Below, piece after piece: positions 49,805 to 63,765 of a DNA stretch of 64,000 nucleotides; position 1 is the first letter of the stretch; every line of letters begins with the position of its first letter. The DNA lies in NCBI GenBank assembly GCA_016748015.1, contig JAAOMT010000129.1, positions 124,001-188,000 on the forward strand. The letters are read 5' to 3'. The notes beneath the pieces were generated by a model that saw only the letters and a list, made by a program, of their open reading frames with translations, had not been told where the DNA came from and made no database searches. This DNA comes from Geosiphon pyriformis uo1 (taxonomy: Eukaryota > Fungi > Glomeromycota). The translations under genes and the position numbers were made by a program.

Positions 49805-50446
49805 ACAAGAGTAATTAAGATGAATAGAAATTAGGGTGATTTATCAGAATTTTTGCTCAGTTATTTTGTTACAGTAAGATACTATTCACAGAGATTTTTA
49901 TTGAACTCTCTTACCTCCTTTTTACTCACTCATCCCGAAAAAAACCCAAAATATATCCTTGCTTTTTCAAAATTAAATTTTATCTGTCAACTTGTCTATA
50001 ACTCAACCCATATTTTCACCTTAGATCCGTCATTCAAATACTTCCCAAAATCAATATCTAATTCAAGACAGTTAGTTAAATTATTTTAGTTTAGAAATTC
50101 AGGAGATAAAGAGTGAGAGAATATTCGAAGTTAATAACGAATGCAATTGTTGGAATTCGTGGTTACAAGTTCAGAGCACAATTTTACATTGTTTTTTTAT
50201 AAAGTTGTATTATTAATTGTATTTAAGTTTTGGACTCAAATTATCTTCCCACAAAACTAGTTGCGACAGAATGATCATCACAATAAAAAAACGATCCTCG
50301 TTTCGAAGAAGGCTCAGTATTCATAATAAAATTGATCTAAATAGATTAAATTCATTTCTAAAAAATCTAATTTGTTCCATACAGATATTGTACATATTGA
50401 AAGGCAAAAGTGAAGATTGCCTCGTGAAAGAATTTCTTTTAGAGGT

Positions 50447-53400
50447 TCATATCAATTCATGTTTTTCGTCTTCCTGATTTAAATAAGCAAGGACGCTGAA
50501 ACCAGGAAGTTGTTTGTAAATTCAAAAAGATGCAGTTTGATAAGATATTGGATTGAAATCAACTAAAAAGAAGGATTTCATTACCTTGGAACAACCGATT
50601 GACTCTTTAATAGCATCTCCCGCCACTCTGCATCAGGATCTGAGGGATAAGTGATTGCACCACCAGCACCAATTGAAAGTTCTAAAAAATTAGAAATCAA
50701 TACATTAAGAATCCAGGGAAAAGAATATAATCAAAGATTATGATGATTGATTACCTGTGCCGCCAAAGACAACAGCAGTTCGAATCACCACGCTAAACAT
50801 TGCACTTCCTTGATTTCTACCCATCTTTCCATCTTGGAATGAGAAGTATCCTAAACATCCAGAATAAATTCCCCGAGGCATCTGATCCTCCAAATCGTCA
50901 AGAATTTGAACTGAGCGTAATTTGGGCGCCCCCGTCATCGACCCTAGATATAAGAGCGCATTTACAGACGGGTCTTTTGATTTCAAAATGGATCACAAAA
51001 TCTTCATAGATAAAATTTATACCCGGTGGGAAGCATCCGCGTACAGCTTGAACACAATTAAAGTCTTTTTTTAACTGGCCACATACAGTGGTCACAAGTT
51101 GGTGCATGGTTTTATAGGATTCTACTTTCATTAGCAATGGAACTCGTATGGTATGTGGTAGACAAATATGAGCCAAGTCATGACGAATTAAATCCACGAT
51201 CTGAAAAATAATTTTTGAATTTTGAATTTCGCAAGAAAATAATCAATGGTCAATTTAACAAACCATTAAATTCTCGGCGCGCTCTTTTATATCGCAAGCC
51301 AATGATTTCATTCTTAGAGCATCCTCCTTTTGGCGATTTTTTTCACATTTGGCTGAGCCATCACAATTTTCAATATCTTTGCAACAACATCCAGAGGCGA
51401 CAGCGACAGTCCCCTTGATGGGCTTCATTTCAACCACACCATCATGGGTAACTTCAACGAATTTTTCAGGGGATGAACTTAAAACAGCCAAGTTCTCTAC
51501 GGAGAAATCAAGTAAAGCAGAAAATGGGGCTGGATTCTTTTTTCTTAGTTGCCTGTATAAGTCAAGCGGATTATCAAGACGACTTGGTAAGGTTGTTCGA
51601 AATTGGGTTGTCAAACAAATTTCATAACTTTGCCCATTAAATATGAGTGAACGGGCTCGATTGATGGCATTTATGTAAGAGTTGGAATCGAGATCAGAAA
51701 CAAAAGGATTTGTGATAGGGGAAACGGGTCTCGGAATTTGATTTGTAGGCTTTGTTCCAATATTTAAAGATTTTTTGAAGTTAGTGAGATCCCCGGAAGA
51801 CATGTTCCTATATCCAATGTCCCGACGGTTAATGGAATTCATGATAAGAGATGGCCTAAAAAGAAATTTTTCTTTCAACAAACGAAATTGTTTTTCAGTA
51901 GCATTGATCCATTCCGAAAAGTCTGAATGAGAAAACCCGGTAGTCATGGATAATTCGCTGTTCAAATTTTCCGATATTACAGGTTTGTAATTATTTCCTG
52001 ATTGAACCAAACCAGCAAGCCATACCCGTTTGTCAAGATGATCGAATATTATTGCTTGAGTTGAAAATATAAATGCTGCATCAGGCTGATTAATAGAAAT
52101 TTGGTATTGCTGTCTTGACGGAGTTGTGTACCCTGGCAATGATTCATATTTCATTTCGTATCCCAAATATCCAACCATACCCAATCGGAATCCAAAAGGT
52201 ACCTCGCTACAAGCTTGATCGGAAGATCGCGAATCTCCAATTATAAGTTGCCCAGAAATGCATTTATTGAAATGCTCCATTGTAAATGACATCCAATCCC
52301 AAAATGTTTGTCCTCCGGATAACACTTTCGAAATAACTTTGCCGTTAGAACATGTGATTTTAATTCTTTTTGATGATGTCCAGTATGATACAGAGAAGGA
52401 ATTTGCAATTGAGGGTGTGGAACCCATAAATGTGAAACGACTTTGAGGATCTGGCTGCTGAAAAATGTAATAAATAAGTTAATAAGATAATAGTTGTAAA
52501 GAGAAAGCTGTTTAGTAAAAACGGATTACCCTTGCGCTATCTAACCACCATGTACCCAATGAAGTATCTGAAGATAAATAATTTTGAAATACGGTCTCGC
52601 AATCTATCCAAATATCTGAGTCTAATTTCTTAAAAATCAATTGGTATTTAGGGACATTTAAGCTCACAAATATTTCTTTCGGTATGATAGGACAAGTTGG
52701 AAACGCAGATAAGCAGGCAATATGGGAGGGAAGTTTTTGAAATGAATTTGATTTTCGAATCTGGTTGAGATTAAAATATTAGATAAGATCAAATGTGGAC
52801 CAAAACTTGATAATATATTTATGTATTGTTACCTTTTTTAAGTACGTGGTTGAAATTCTTAGAAAGTTCCTTAAAATCTGAGGGCCATACTCTGTAGATA
52901 TAGACTTTTACAAATATATAAAAATTAAAAAGCCGCTGTTTTTTTTTTCAATTAAAAAAATAAAAGGTATGCTTACTTCAGGATGAAATTGGACGCCATA
53001 AATTGGTTTGTATGCGTGCTGTAAACCCATTATATCGATCGTGCCATTAGGAAAGGTCTCAGTCTCCTTTGTGGAGAGAAAAGTTTTGTCACAAACTGCC
53101 TCTTCAGAAGACCACGCAGTTGTCATAAGGGCCGAAGGTAAATCTGAAACAAGATTACTTTATACTACATATCATAACATGAATTGGATATAAAAATATT
53201 TTATAATTAATATTCACCTTGGCAATCGACGACCAGGCTATGATACCTTACAGCCCAAAAGGGACTAGGTATTCCAGAAAATAATGACATAACTGAATTC
53301 ATCCCATTATGGTGTATAAGACTCAGTTGGCCATGAATAATTCTCTTTGCAGGTATAACCTATGTACCAAATAACTAACAGTAATCATCAAACTTAGAAG

Positions 53401-53978
53401 AAATTCAAGTAACAAATAATGGAAATCAAGTTACCTTCGCCCCATACGCAATTCCGATCCCTTGATGCCCCAAACAAACACCTAAAATTGGTATATTTTC
53501 TAATTTCAATACATCTCGGCATATGGCAAAATCCTGCAAAGTCAAACGAAATGTCAGGAATTTGATCAAGGCCTCAGGTTTTCTAATGGCTTTCGGTATA
53601 AAAAGGCGCGTACAGAAGCATTCTCAGGGCTACCTGGTCCCGGAGATATTATTATATTGTCAAAGTGCGGGAGTATATTGTTCTTAAACTCATTCCTATG
53701 GAATATGATAAGAGTAAATAGGAGGAATGGCAAGATAGATTAATTGAAAATTTATATTATACTATTACTTACAAAAACGTTACAAGAAATAAACATTCTA
53801 CTCACCATTCGAATTGGTCATTCCGAATCACTACAACGTTGCTTAAAGGGGATTTACTTTGATCAGTTTCTTCGTCAGCGAACTCCCAGAGTTGAAGCAA
53901 ATTGTAAGTGTACGAATCATAATTATCAATAATTAAAGTTCGTAAAGAGAAAGATGGTGAAACATGATTGTGGTCCAT
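50447..53978 (-). CDS. ABZ1: Aminodeoxychorismate (PABA) synthase, fused PabA-PabB (multi-exon)
   Basis: LIIDNYDSYTYNL, IIISPGPG, ILGVCLGHQG, VRYHSL, YGVQFHPE; SYEICLT, SSPEKF, MKPIKGT, ENLM-IVDLIRHDL, FPP-GSMTGAPKLRSV, RGIYSG, VVIRT, IGAGGAIT. Confidence 0.96.
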
Positions 53979-54289
53979 AGTACTGTATATTGTAAATACC
54001 AAAGGAGGAGCAGACCAAAAAAGTCACGTAATAAAGCTTTTACCTGTCTCGATAGCAGATAAAACGATTTTACTTGTTATCGAGAAGTAAAAAGCTCAGG
54101 TTCCTATAATTTCTTTAGAACAGATAATGAGAATATCCCTTAGTTTCATCAAAATATAGGTTTATCCGAAGACACAAAGAAGTGATAACGAAGAAAAAAG
54201 TTCGCGTGAAATTATCAAGATTCTATACAAAATGATGCCCAATCCTAATATGGGTAAGATCCTTAAAAAACGCGAAAATTTATACATAC

Positions 54290-55320
54290 GAAAAAATTTT
54301 TAACATTATATAAAGATTATGCTAAAATAATATTTAATAATAAAAAACAATAACTGATTTTAAGTTTTTTGAACATTTATTGTAAAAATAAAATAAATTT
54401 GCTTAGTAAAAAAAACAGTTAAAACAAAATCATTGCTATATAAATCATATATAACAATTACTTAATAATCATTTTTTTTTTTAGATATTTTAAATATTTT
54501 GTTTGTAAATTGATAATAATTTAAACCTAAAAATAAATTATAACATTTGAGAGTATGTTGATAATAACTAATATTTTTGATTTTAATTAAAATTAAAATA
54601 TTTTTATATTTTTATAATTAATTTTAATATTTTAATTAGGTTTGAAAATTAAAAAAAAAATAATTATAATTATTTTATTTTAATTATTTTTATTATAAAA
54701 AAATTAAATAAAATAAATAAAATACTTTTTTTTTTTAATTATCAAAAAAAAAACCCCCCACTTAACTATATATTCTTAATAAAAGTTTCTTAATAATTTA
54801 ATTTTTATATATTTAATATATAAATAAAGTTTAAGTATTTGGTATTATATATATATTTAATTAGTTTTAATAATAATAAAAATTTTAAAATTCATTTTTT
54901 TTTTTAAATTAAAGAAAATTAATTGTTTTGTAAAATATTTTTAATTAATTTTTTTTTTGGTTTTATATTATTATTATTATTAATATAATTGTTTAAATAT
55001 AAAATCAAATTTATTTTATTATTTATTTTTAAATTCCAAAAAATTTTAAATTTACAATTATTAAAATATTAATACTATTAAAAATATTAAAATTATTGTT
55101 TTATAACATATATTATTACAGATTAATAATAATAAGTTTAATTATAAACTAAATTTTTTAAAATCTTAATTATAAAAATTTTGTTTTAATTATAAAATTT
55201 ATAATTAAGTTAATTAATTTTTTTAATAACTTTAATTATTTTCTTATTATTATATAAAACTGTTTTAGCTTTAAATACAAATAACAAAATTTTTCTAAAT
55301 TAAGATTTTTATTAATATTA

Positions 55321-55357
<37 letters not shown>

Positions 55358-56500
55358 AAAATTCTTTAAATAAAAATAATATTTTTATAAAAATTGTTAT
55401 TTTTAAAAAATTATTAGACCTTAAGTTTAATATTAATAAAACTGTTTAAATAAATATATAATATATTTATAATAATAAAGATTTAAATTATATTATGTAT
55501 AAAATAAATAATTTAAAAATAAGTTTTATTTTTTTATTTAATATAAAGATTATACTTTGTTAAAATTATTATTTAAGTAAATTTTATAATAATAATAATA
55601 ATAATAATAAATAAAAAAATTCTTTAAATAAAAATTGTTATTTTTAAAAAATTATTAGACCTTAGTATTAAGTTTGATATTAATAAAACTGTTAAATAAA
55701 TATATAATATATTTATAATAATAAAAATTTAAATTATATTATGTATAAAATAAATAATTTAAAAATAAGTTTTATTTTTTTTATTTAATATAAAGATTAT
55801 ATTTTGTTAAAATTATTACTTAAGTAAATTTTTTAATAATTAATTAAGTTTTATGTTTATTAATAATTTTTATTTAAATAAATTAACATTAAAAAATATT
55901 AAGCAAAATTATTTTTTGATGGATTTTTTTTATAAATGCAAATATATATATATTTTTTTAAAGTTTATTAAAGTTTATAAAAATAAATAAATATATAAAA
56001 AAAAGTTTTTAGTTTTATTTTTTTTTTTGTTAAAATTTATTATATATATAGTATTTAAATTAAAGTTAAACTTTTCAATTTCAATTTTAATTTCAATTTA
56101 TTATGAAAAAAAAAAATTAGATTTACCAAAAATTATTAATAATATGTATCTTGTAAAATTTATCATTAAAAAGATAAACAAGTTTATTTTTAAAATTAAA
56201 GAAAAAAATTGTTAGAATTCAAATTCAAATTTTGGTTAGAAAGCAATTTTTTTTTATTTTTAAACATAAAAATTTTCAGAGTCATATACATTAATCAATT
56301 GAATTTTAAAAATTTCAATAATTTCTAAAATTGTTTCAAAGAATTCTCAAAAATTTTTGAGAAAAAAAAAGAGTTTGAATTATATATATATTTAACAACT
56401 CATGTAAAATATATATAACCAAAAAAATACAATGTTAAACTCCAAATGATTATTTTGATCTATTTAAATTCAAAATGATATTATGAGATAAAATTATCAG
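54290..56500. other. ~2-kb extreme AT island
   Basis: Almost devoid of G/C; only a spurious low-complexity ORF. Confidence 0.7.
55321..55834 (+). repeat. Tandem duplication of a ~250-bp AT-rich unit, each unit headed by (AAT)n
   Basis: Units at about 55321-55587 and 55588-55834 share long identical strings, e.g. TTATTAGACCTTA and AAATTATATTATGTATAAAATAAATAATTTAAAAATAAG. Confidence 0.85.
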
Positions 56501-57877
56501 TTTGTCAGAAAATCCAAACTAAATACTTTTTCGAAAAAAACTTTTAATACGATAATCCAAAAAATAAACTTTTTTGAACATGAGAGAGCTTTTTTCTTTA
56601 AAAAGGTAGAATTTGAAACAATCCGGATTAATTCGCATAATATATTTCAAATTGATATGTGTATATTTTGAAATAAAAAATAGTGAAATAAAAAATATTG
56701 AAATAAAAAATAGTGAAATGAAAAATAGTGAACAAAGATAAAAAAATTTTTTTCTAAATCAAAATTTTATTTTTCAAAATATCTCATTCTTTGTACTTGT
56801 CAGGGTTTAAGAAAATCAAGTTTTTAGCCATAAATATTTAAGACAAAGACCCAAATATATATATATATATCATACAAGAAACAAATTTCAAATAATTAAA
56901 TGTATTGTTTTTTGTCAAAGGGAAAGAGTTCTTGGTTAAATTATCCCAATCATTACATACTCCTTCAGTGGGAGAATCAATTAATTTAGAAAATGTGAAA
57001 TTTGCAATTAAAATTTTATATCGTTAATTAAAAGAAACTCATAGATTTTAAATAAAAGAATATGAAATATTTAAAAGTAAAGTTTTTCCATAAATAAGAG
57101 TTAAATTATTTTGTGAAAGGAACTCCCGCTCAAAGAGTCTGCTTTTTTGAATAATTCAAATTTTTTTAAATTGGTTGTTCATAAAAAACTTGATATGAAT
57201 ATAACGAATTTCGAAGAGTCTTTAATTTTTCAATTTACAAGAAACAAATATAAAAACAAAATTTGCTAGATTTGTTAACTTGAATCAAACTTTCGAATAC
57301 TCATATTTTTATTCATTAGGAATTTTTTTTCCCATAAAATTATCACTTCTCATTTAAAAATTAAATTATGGATTATGAGGAATTATAATTTCGGTGGTCA
57401 GATATATTGTACGGCCACCTTTCTAGTATTTTCTATTATTATTTTTCGGAATCGATAGGAAAGAAGCAGCAGCAGCAGCAGCAAATGTCTTTTCGAATGA
57501 TGAGTTGATCTTCAAAATTTAAAGCGAACGGCGTGCAACCCTGATAATCATATATTCGATCTGGGTTCCCAATCGCCAAAAAGCCTCAATGTTCCTTTGA
57601 TCCTTTGATCCTTTTTGGGGTTTTCATGGTTTTTTGCTTTGGAAAAAAGCTGAAATCGTTGCCCTCTGAATTCATTTAACATGTTAAAAATTATTAATCA
57701 ATTTGTGAAAACAGAATCCTTCTCAATCTAAAGTACTACTAGTATTAAATCTTTTCCTTTAAGACCATATTAAAAAAGCTAGATGAAAAACGGGACCATT
57801 GTTCTTTCAAGTTAAAATCAGTGACAACAATTTAATGCCAAAAAGACCCGAAACCACAGATCCGAGCAAAAGTCTTT

Positions 57878-59490
57878 CTACGGTTCTAATCGATGGTCAC
57901 TGATATCAGTCGTTCCGAATAAAGAATCCAAATTCTGTTCCCATTCAGCACGTCCCCAATCTTGAGGGATCTTTCTTGGTGGTATGATACCATAATAAAG
58001 ACCTATCGAAAATGAATCTCTGCTTTTTTTCTGACCCAAAACACTAGTTATCATAGCACTATCAGGCACTTTTTCACCACTTGAAACTATTTTCTTTTTT
58101 TCATCTCGTATAGGACTTGAAATTTCTTCATTTATTCCAAGATATTTCGAAGTTTCTTTGGACTCATAAATATTATTCACTTGGGACATATTTTGTGATG
58201 ATGACAGATGGTGTAATACGTGATGAGGATGAGAAGATGAATTATAATTATTGTCTTCGAGATCATTTGGTTTGAGGTATTTTATACCATATTGGTTGTT
58301 TGATACTAGACTGTTTTTACGTGAAAATGAGATTACGGCACTGCTTGCGAGACTATCATGTGGATGATGTTTTGCCAAGTGTCGTTGCCATCGTTGTTTT
58401 TGAATGCGTTTTGATAGGTAAACTTTGATTATTGTTGCAAAATAGACCTTTTTGAAAAAGGGTGGGGAGTAAAAAAATAAAATAAAAAATAAAAATAAAA
58501 ATAAAAATAAAAATAAAAATAAAAAATAAAAATAAAAATAAAATGAGTGGGTTTATTATATTTTTATTTAAGGATCGGTTAAATTAAGAAGATAGAAAAT
58601 AGAATATTGAAAACTTACATTGAATGTACATGTAACCAAAACCTCAGCAATCATTTTCACCGTTTGACTACGTATTCGATCTTGACATGTATCGTAGGGA
58701 CACTCCCTAATTCTGATTTGTTGTTCCGATATACATTTTTCCCTAGCCGCATCATCTTCGAATGACGACTTATCACAAAATAGTTGTGCCGCCTGTGTTT
58801 GTTGGTCAATGCTATTCAAATCAAGGATTTCAAATTTTGAATTGCAAGAATCTTGTATCGATTGGACGGTTTTACATTGGTCAACGAAATTTTCACGAAA
58901 TAGGATAAAAGCTATTATTGTTGAGAGGCATAGTATTGACCAGAGTGTTACCATGAATATCCAGGCTAGATGAGAGTATAGATGAATTGATTCATTTGTT
59001 TTCTGGAAAGAAATAAGAAATCGAGGTTTGAGAGATTGATGAAGAAATTCAAGATAAATCTAACTCACTTACGCGTATTATCAACGTGTAGAGACCATAT
59101 AAGGCGACAAATATGGTGAGAACTGATCCAATTGTCAATATTATTGGTAGTTCTGATTTAAATCCCCACACTTTTTAAAATAAAAAGACAAAAATTAATT
59201 CGTGATATTCCTGTAAAGTCAAGAGAAAAATTTCAAAAGTGAGAACTTACTATTCGTTTTACTCTGCTCCAATGAAGTCTTGATAAATATTATAGACAAT
59301 AATATCCCTATAGCCTAAAAAAAATTTGGAAAAATTTTTAAATTGTTTAATCTCGTGGAAAAAATTCAGATTAAAAAATTTTTCGAAAATTTACCAGCCA
59401 TGATATAGTTAATAGTATAACTCCACAACGTAACCCCAGGCAGAAACAAAAATGTCCAAATCCCTTTTGATGGGGTCGCTTCTTTCCCAT
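57878..59490 (-). CDS. Uncharacterised four-TM membrane protein with Cys-rich large loop and long cytoplasmic tail (5 coding exons)
   Basis: Exons join in frame through GT-AG introns: MGKKRPHQKGFGHFCFCLGLRCGVILLTISWL-AIGILLSIIFI..-MWGFKSELPIILTIGSVLTIFVALYGLYTLIIR-..AWIFMVTLWSILCLSTIIAFILF..(6 Cys)..MIAEVLVTCTFN-VYFATIIKVY. Confidence 0.8.
58474..58543 (+). repeat. (AAAAAT/AAAAT)n tract in an intron of the four-TM gene
   Basis: Direct reading. Confidence 0.85.
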
Positions 59491-59516
59491 TATGCCTGCG
59501 TGAAATTTGATCGAGA

Positions 59517-59520
<4 letters not shown>

Positions 59521-59547
<27 letters not shown>

Positions 59548-59548
59548 A
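59521..59548 (+). repeat. (TA)n microsatellite about 30 bp upstream of the four-TM gene ATG
   Basis: Direct reading. Confidence 0.9.
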
Positions 59549-60497
59549 CTAAAAGGATCTTTTTTATAGTAAAATTTACTATAGGAAAGTAGGAGAGAAG
59601 TTTTATGTTGAATTAATGATTAGTTTTCGAATATTTCAAGTTAAAAAAAAAAATTGAATTTGTCTATATCCTTTGATAGAAAAAAATTTCATGTAGCTCA
59701 CTTACATTCTTGCTTGTCTTTCCGCTTTTCAAAAGCTTTATTTGTTTATGCATGAAAATGGAATGTATAAAAGAGGGTTTTTCGTTTATAGTCGATTTTA
59801 CGATAATTTATGTAAAGATTTAAAGGTCTACGCCAGGTAGATGTATTTTTTTTTAGCCTACAGCCTTTTTTTTTTTTTTTTGAATAATTTATATTTCAGA
59901 CGAAAAGCAACACTTGTTCCTTTCTTTGGTTGCTATATAGATGATAGAATCACCTTCTGAAAGCTTAAATAACAGCACGACAACTACCAGTAGAGCGTGA
60001 GAAAAGAATTAAATGGGTGATAGAGGGAAAAGTTAAAAGAAAGCAATTAATAAAAATATTTTTTTTGGGGGAGGGGGGGGGGGAGATTCAAGGAATTATT
60101 TCTTACTTGATTAAGAAGAGGGAAGTCGATGTTTGTATGTTTTTTCTTGAAATTGAATTGTTTAAAGTATCAGGAAATAGTGATAATTGATGTTTGGTAT
60201 TTATTTTCAATCGCCAGTAAATCGAAGACCCTGAAACAGTTTTAAGCAAAATAAGCGCTAATGTTTACAAAAGAGGTGTAGAATGATAGAATGAAAATTT
60301 TTTTGTTCGTTTTTTGAAAAGTTTTTATTGAAAAAAAGTTCTTTTTTATTGTAAAGTATTATATATTGACGATAATATAATCAGATTTTTATCGTAATAA
60401 AATTTATTACTTGAATCACAATTATTTTTTCTCTTTGGCTAGTTTTATATACCTTGGAGATGAAAATTTTTTGTGTCGGGGGGATTTTTTAGTAGTG

Positions 60498-60603
60498 AGG
60501 AGGGGAGGAGAGGAGAGGAGAGGAGAGGAGAGGAGAGGAGAGGAGAGGAGAGGAGAGGAGAGGAGAGGGGAGGGGAGGGGAGGAAGGGAGGAGGGGGGGG
60601 GGG
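60498..60603 (+). repeat. Polypurine (GAGAG)n tract ending in G runs
   Basis: Direct reading; an uninterrupted purine-only stretch of about 100 bp. Confidence 0.9.
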
Positions 60604-61778
60604 TCAGTTCAAATTAAAATTTTTAATAGTTTAAAGAAATTTGATAACCAAAAGATACACTGTTTTGAAAATTTATTAGTCATAAAATAACAAAAGTAAC
60701 TGGTAAAGAATCAAGGTACTTTATCTTTTCACTTTTTTGAGTAAACTTTTACTCTCAATAAATTATTAATTCCTATAAAATAAATCGGGAAGTTACAAGT
60801 GTTGAATAATAAAATTATCTCGATACATGAAACCATTGTAATATTATCATATGTGTGTTGATACCAGTTATAACAAATTACAAAGTTTTAAATACTTTCT
60901 TATCTTTTTTTTTTTTTTTTTTTTTTTTTCAGAATAGTTATTCTAGTTAATGGAATCTAGAAAACCCGTTCAGTCGGAAAAATATTTATTTTTGTAACAG
61001 GTTAGGTTGTAGTGATACCATGTTCTTTACAAAGATGGGGAAAAGGTTTTAGTAGTGATGTGTTCGAAATAATTGTTTAAAGTTGTGTGTAAATTAGGAC
61101 AAAATTTTTAGTTGTGGAGATAATTGTCAGGTGGAGGCACGTTTAAAGTTTGTACATTGTATATAAAAATTTTGGTTGGATATATATATTAAACAGGTTC
61201 CTTTCACAGAGCTTAAATGACATGTGATGTTTTTATAAAAAGTAAAAACAAATGAACCTTACCTCATTGATGAATCGAAAAAATTCGGAGATTACTGAGG
61301 AATTTGAATTTGAATTTGAATTTGAAAGTGATTTTTAAGAGATAGTGTTAATTTAAAATAGATCTTGATGAAAATATGATATAGATATCATATTTGATTT
61401 TCAATTTTTTTTTCTGTTCTTTAATATAGATTGATTGAAAGGATATCAAAAAAAAAAAAAAAAAATTTTATTTATTTATTTTATTTTATTTTTAATGTCT
61501 AACAATCGATTCAGAGAGGAGTTTAGTAACTTTTAGATTTCACAAATCGCTCTCCAAAACAAAACAGGTTTGTTCAATCGATCAATTTAAAATTTTTTGA
61601 AATCATGCGGTAAATAAATTGATTTCTTTACAATGTAAGTCCATAACAAAATTTTTTTTTTTTGGATAAACAAGCAAACAAAGATCTTGGAGTCTCGATT
61701 ACCATATAGGGAATAAAAGATTCCGAACACACTACAATGATTTCTTTCATGATGATGGTGAAATTGAAGTAAAATTTT

Positions 61779-61856
61779 ATATTATTGAAATTATTATTAC
61801 TATTACTATAACTATTATTATTATTATTGAAATTATTATTATTATTATTGAAATCA

Positions 61857-61921
<65 letters not shown>

Positions 61922-61922
61922 T
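61779..61922 (+). repeat. Interrupted (ATT)n microsatellite
   Basis: Direct reading; GAA interruptions. Confidence 0.9.
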
Positions 61923-62666
61923 AATTGATTTTTTGACTTCGGGGTAGCAACAGCAGCATTCAGTCAGTCTCAAATAGGAAGAAGAAAAAAAGATTCCGGA
62001 TTTATTATAATATTATATAAAGTATATTTAATTGATACTCTGTAAAAAAAAAAAAACAATCTCGCAGAAGGGGACAACATGAAAAGCGTATTACATGATG
62101 TAATGCAGATATCAAATAATGATTATGTGACTTATTAATAGACAATTTATTTAACATGTATATTTCAAAATCATTTTTATTACTTTTTTCCAAAAATTAT
62201 TAATATTTAAAAATGATGAAAAAGTTTTAAAATTTCACAAAAAAAATTTGCAAAAATAAAAAAAAATTGTTTATAATTTGTGACACAGGATTGAAAGAAA
62301 TTAAAATCCTGGTGTATTAATTAGAGTTTTCGAAGATCCAAATAAAATAAAATAAAATAAAATAAAATGAGAGGGATTAAAACTTTTTATTATTCAAGAT
62401 TTTACGATTCAAACCTTACACACTAATTATGGATCAATTTTTGATATCGAAAATTTTTTTTATGTATATATAAATTTTTCAGAAAGTAATTTTTAAATTA
62501 TATCTATAGGAAAATAAATAAATAAATAAATGTAATTAAAAAAAATAAACCTTTTTTTTTTTATCGAATAAATCAAAAATTTTTGTATAATAATAACATT
62601 TTGTAATCATCATAAACTTGGAATAAATTTTTATATCGGTTTTCTTGGAATTTTCTCTAATAGAAT

Positions 62667-62706
62667 TGATTAATTGATTAATTGATTGATTGATTGATTG
62701 ATTGAT
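62667..62706 (+). repeat. (TGAT)n tetranucleotide repeat
   Basis: Direct reading. Confidence 0.85.
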
Positions 62707-63113
62707 TTTTTTTTTATACGGTAGTCTTTTTAAATAGAAATAAAATTATAATAGTAACTTTAATTCATATCAAGTTGTTTTTGTTGTTGCTTTTGGTTTA
62801 GTCTAATCTAATTTATAGTGGAAGTTAGTTGGGTCGGTCATAATATAATATGATATGATATAATATAATATGATATGATATAATATAATTAAAACTCGAG
62901 AAACAAAATAAAAAAATCAAGTAAAACAGCAGGACTAACTTACGTAAACGAGTTTAAAATTCAATCTTTGAGACTAAGAAAATTGGAAATTAAAAACCCA
63001 TTATCTATTTTTAGGAGATTATGATGTCAACATAACAATTACCACAAGGTTTAGCGTGGGGACTAGGGAAAAGTTTTTTAATGCTAGAAAGGTTGGACAA
63101 AAGTTCAGATGAC

Positions 63114-63149
63114 ATTATTATTATTATTGAAATTATTATTATTATTGAA

Positions 63150-63200
<51 letters not shown>
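63114..63200 (+). repeat. Interrupted (ATT)n microsatellite
   Basis: Direct reading. Confidence 0.9.
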
Positions 63201-63656
63201 GAAGAATGAATAGTTAAAAATATTCTATGGACATATTAAGAATGAATATTTAAAAATATTCCATGGACATATTGAGAATGGAAAAATGATACTGATGATT
63301 TCAAATTTTTTTGGTACATTATTGTACATTTGGTACATTATTGAATATTAGTCATTGACGATTAATTTAATATAAACATTGGCTAACGAATACTAGATTT
63401 TGATTGGGAAAACATTTAATTATTTTTTTTTAGCCTAAAATATCCCAACCAAAATCATGATTTATCAAAGATTTCTCATGTGATTTTATTTTAAATTTAT
63501 TATCTTTTATAATTATTATTATTATTATTATTATTCTAACCCCCTTTTTTTATTTCATATAAAATAAAATATAAAGTATATATATTTCTGTTTTTTTTTT
63601 TTAATCATAAAAACATAAATGATTATAAATAATAAAATAAAATAAAATTATCTCTC

Positions 63657-63683
63657 AATAATAATAATAATAATAATAATTTC

Positions 63684-63746
<63 letters not shown>

Positions 63747-63765
63747 TTCTATAATAATAATAATA
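63657..63765 (+). repeat. Interrupted (AAT)n microsatellite
   Basis: Direct reading. Confidence 0.9.

Noticed and set aside
54290-56500. AT island as centromere or organellar insertion
   Set aside because: No centromeric array, organellar gene or tRNA remnant is visible; similar islands recur throughout the window.
60411-60617. ORF with RRGEE repeats
   Set aside because: Translation of the (GAGAG)n microsatellite.
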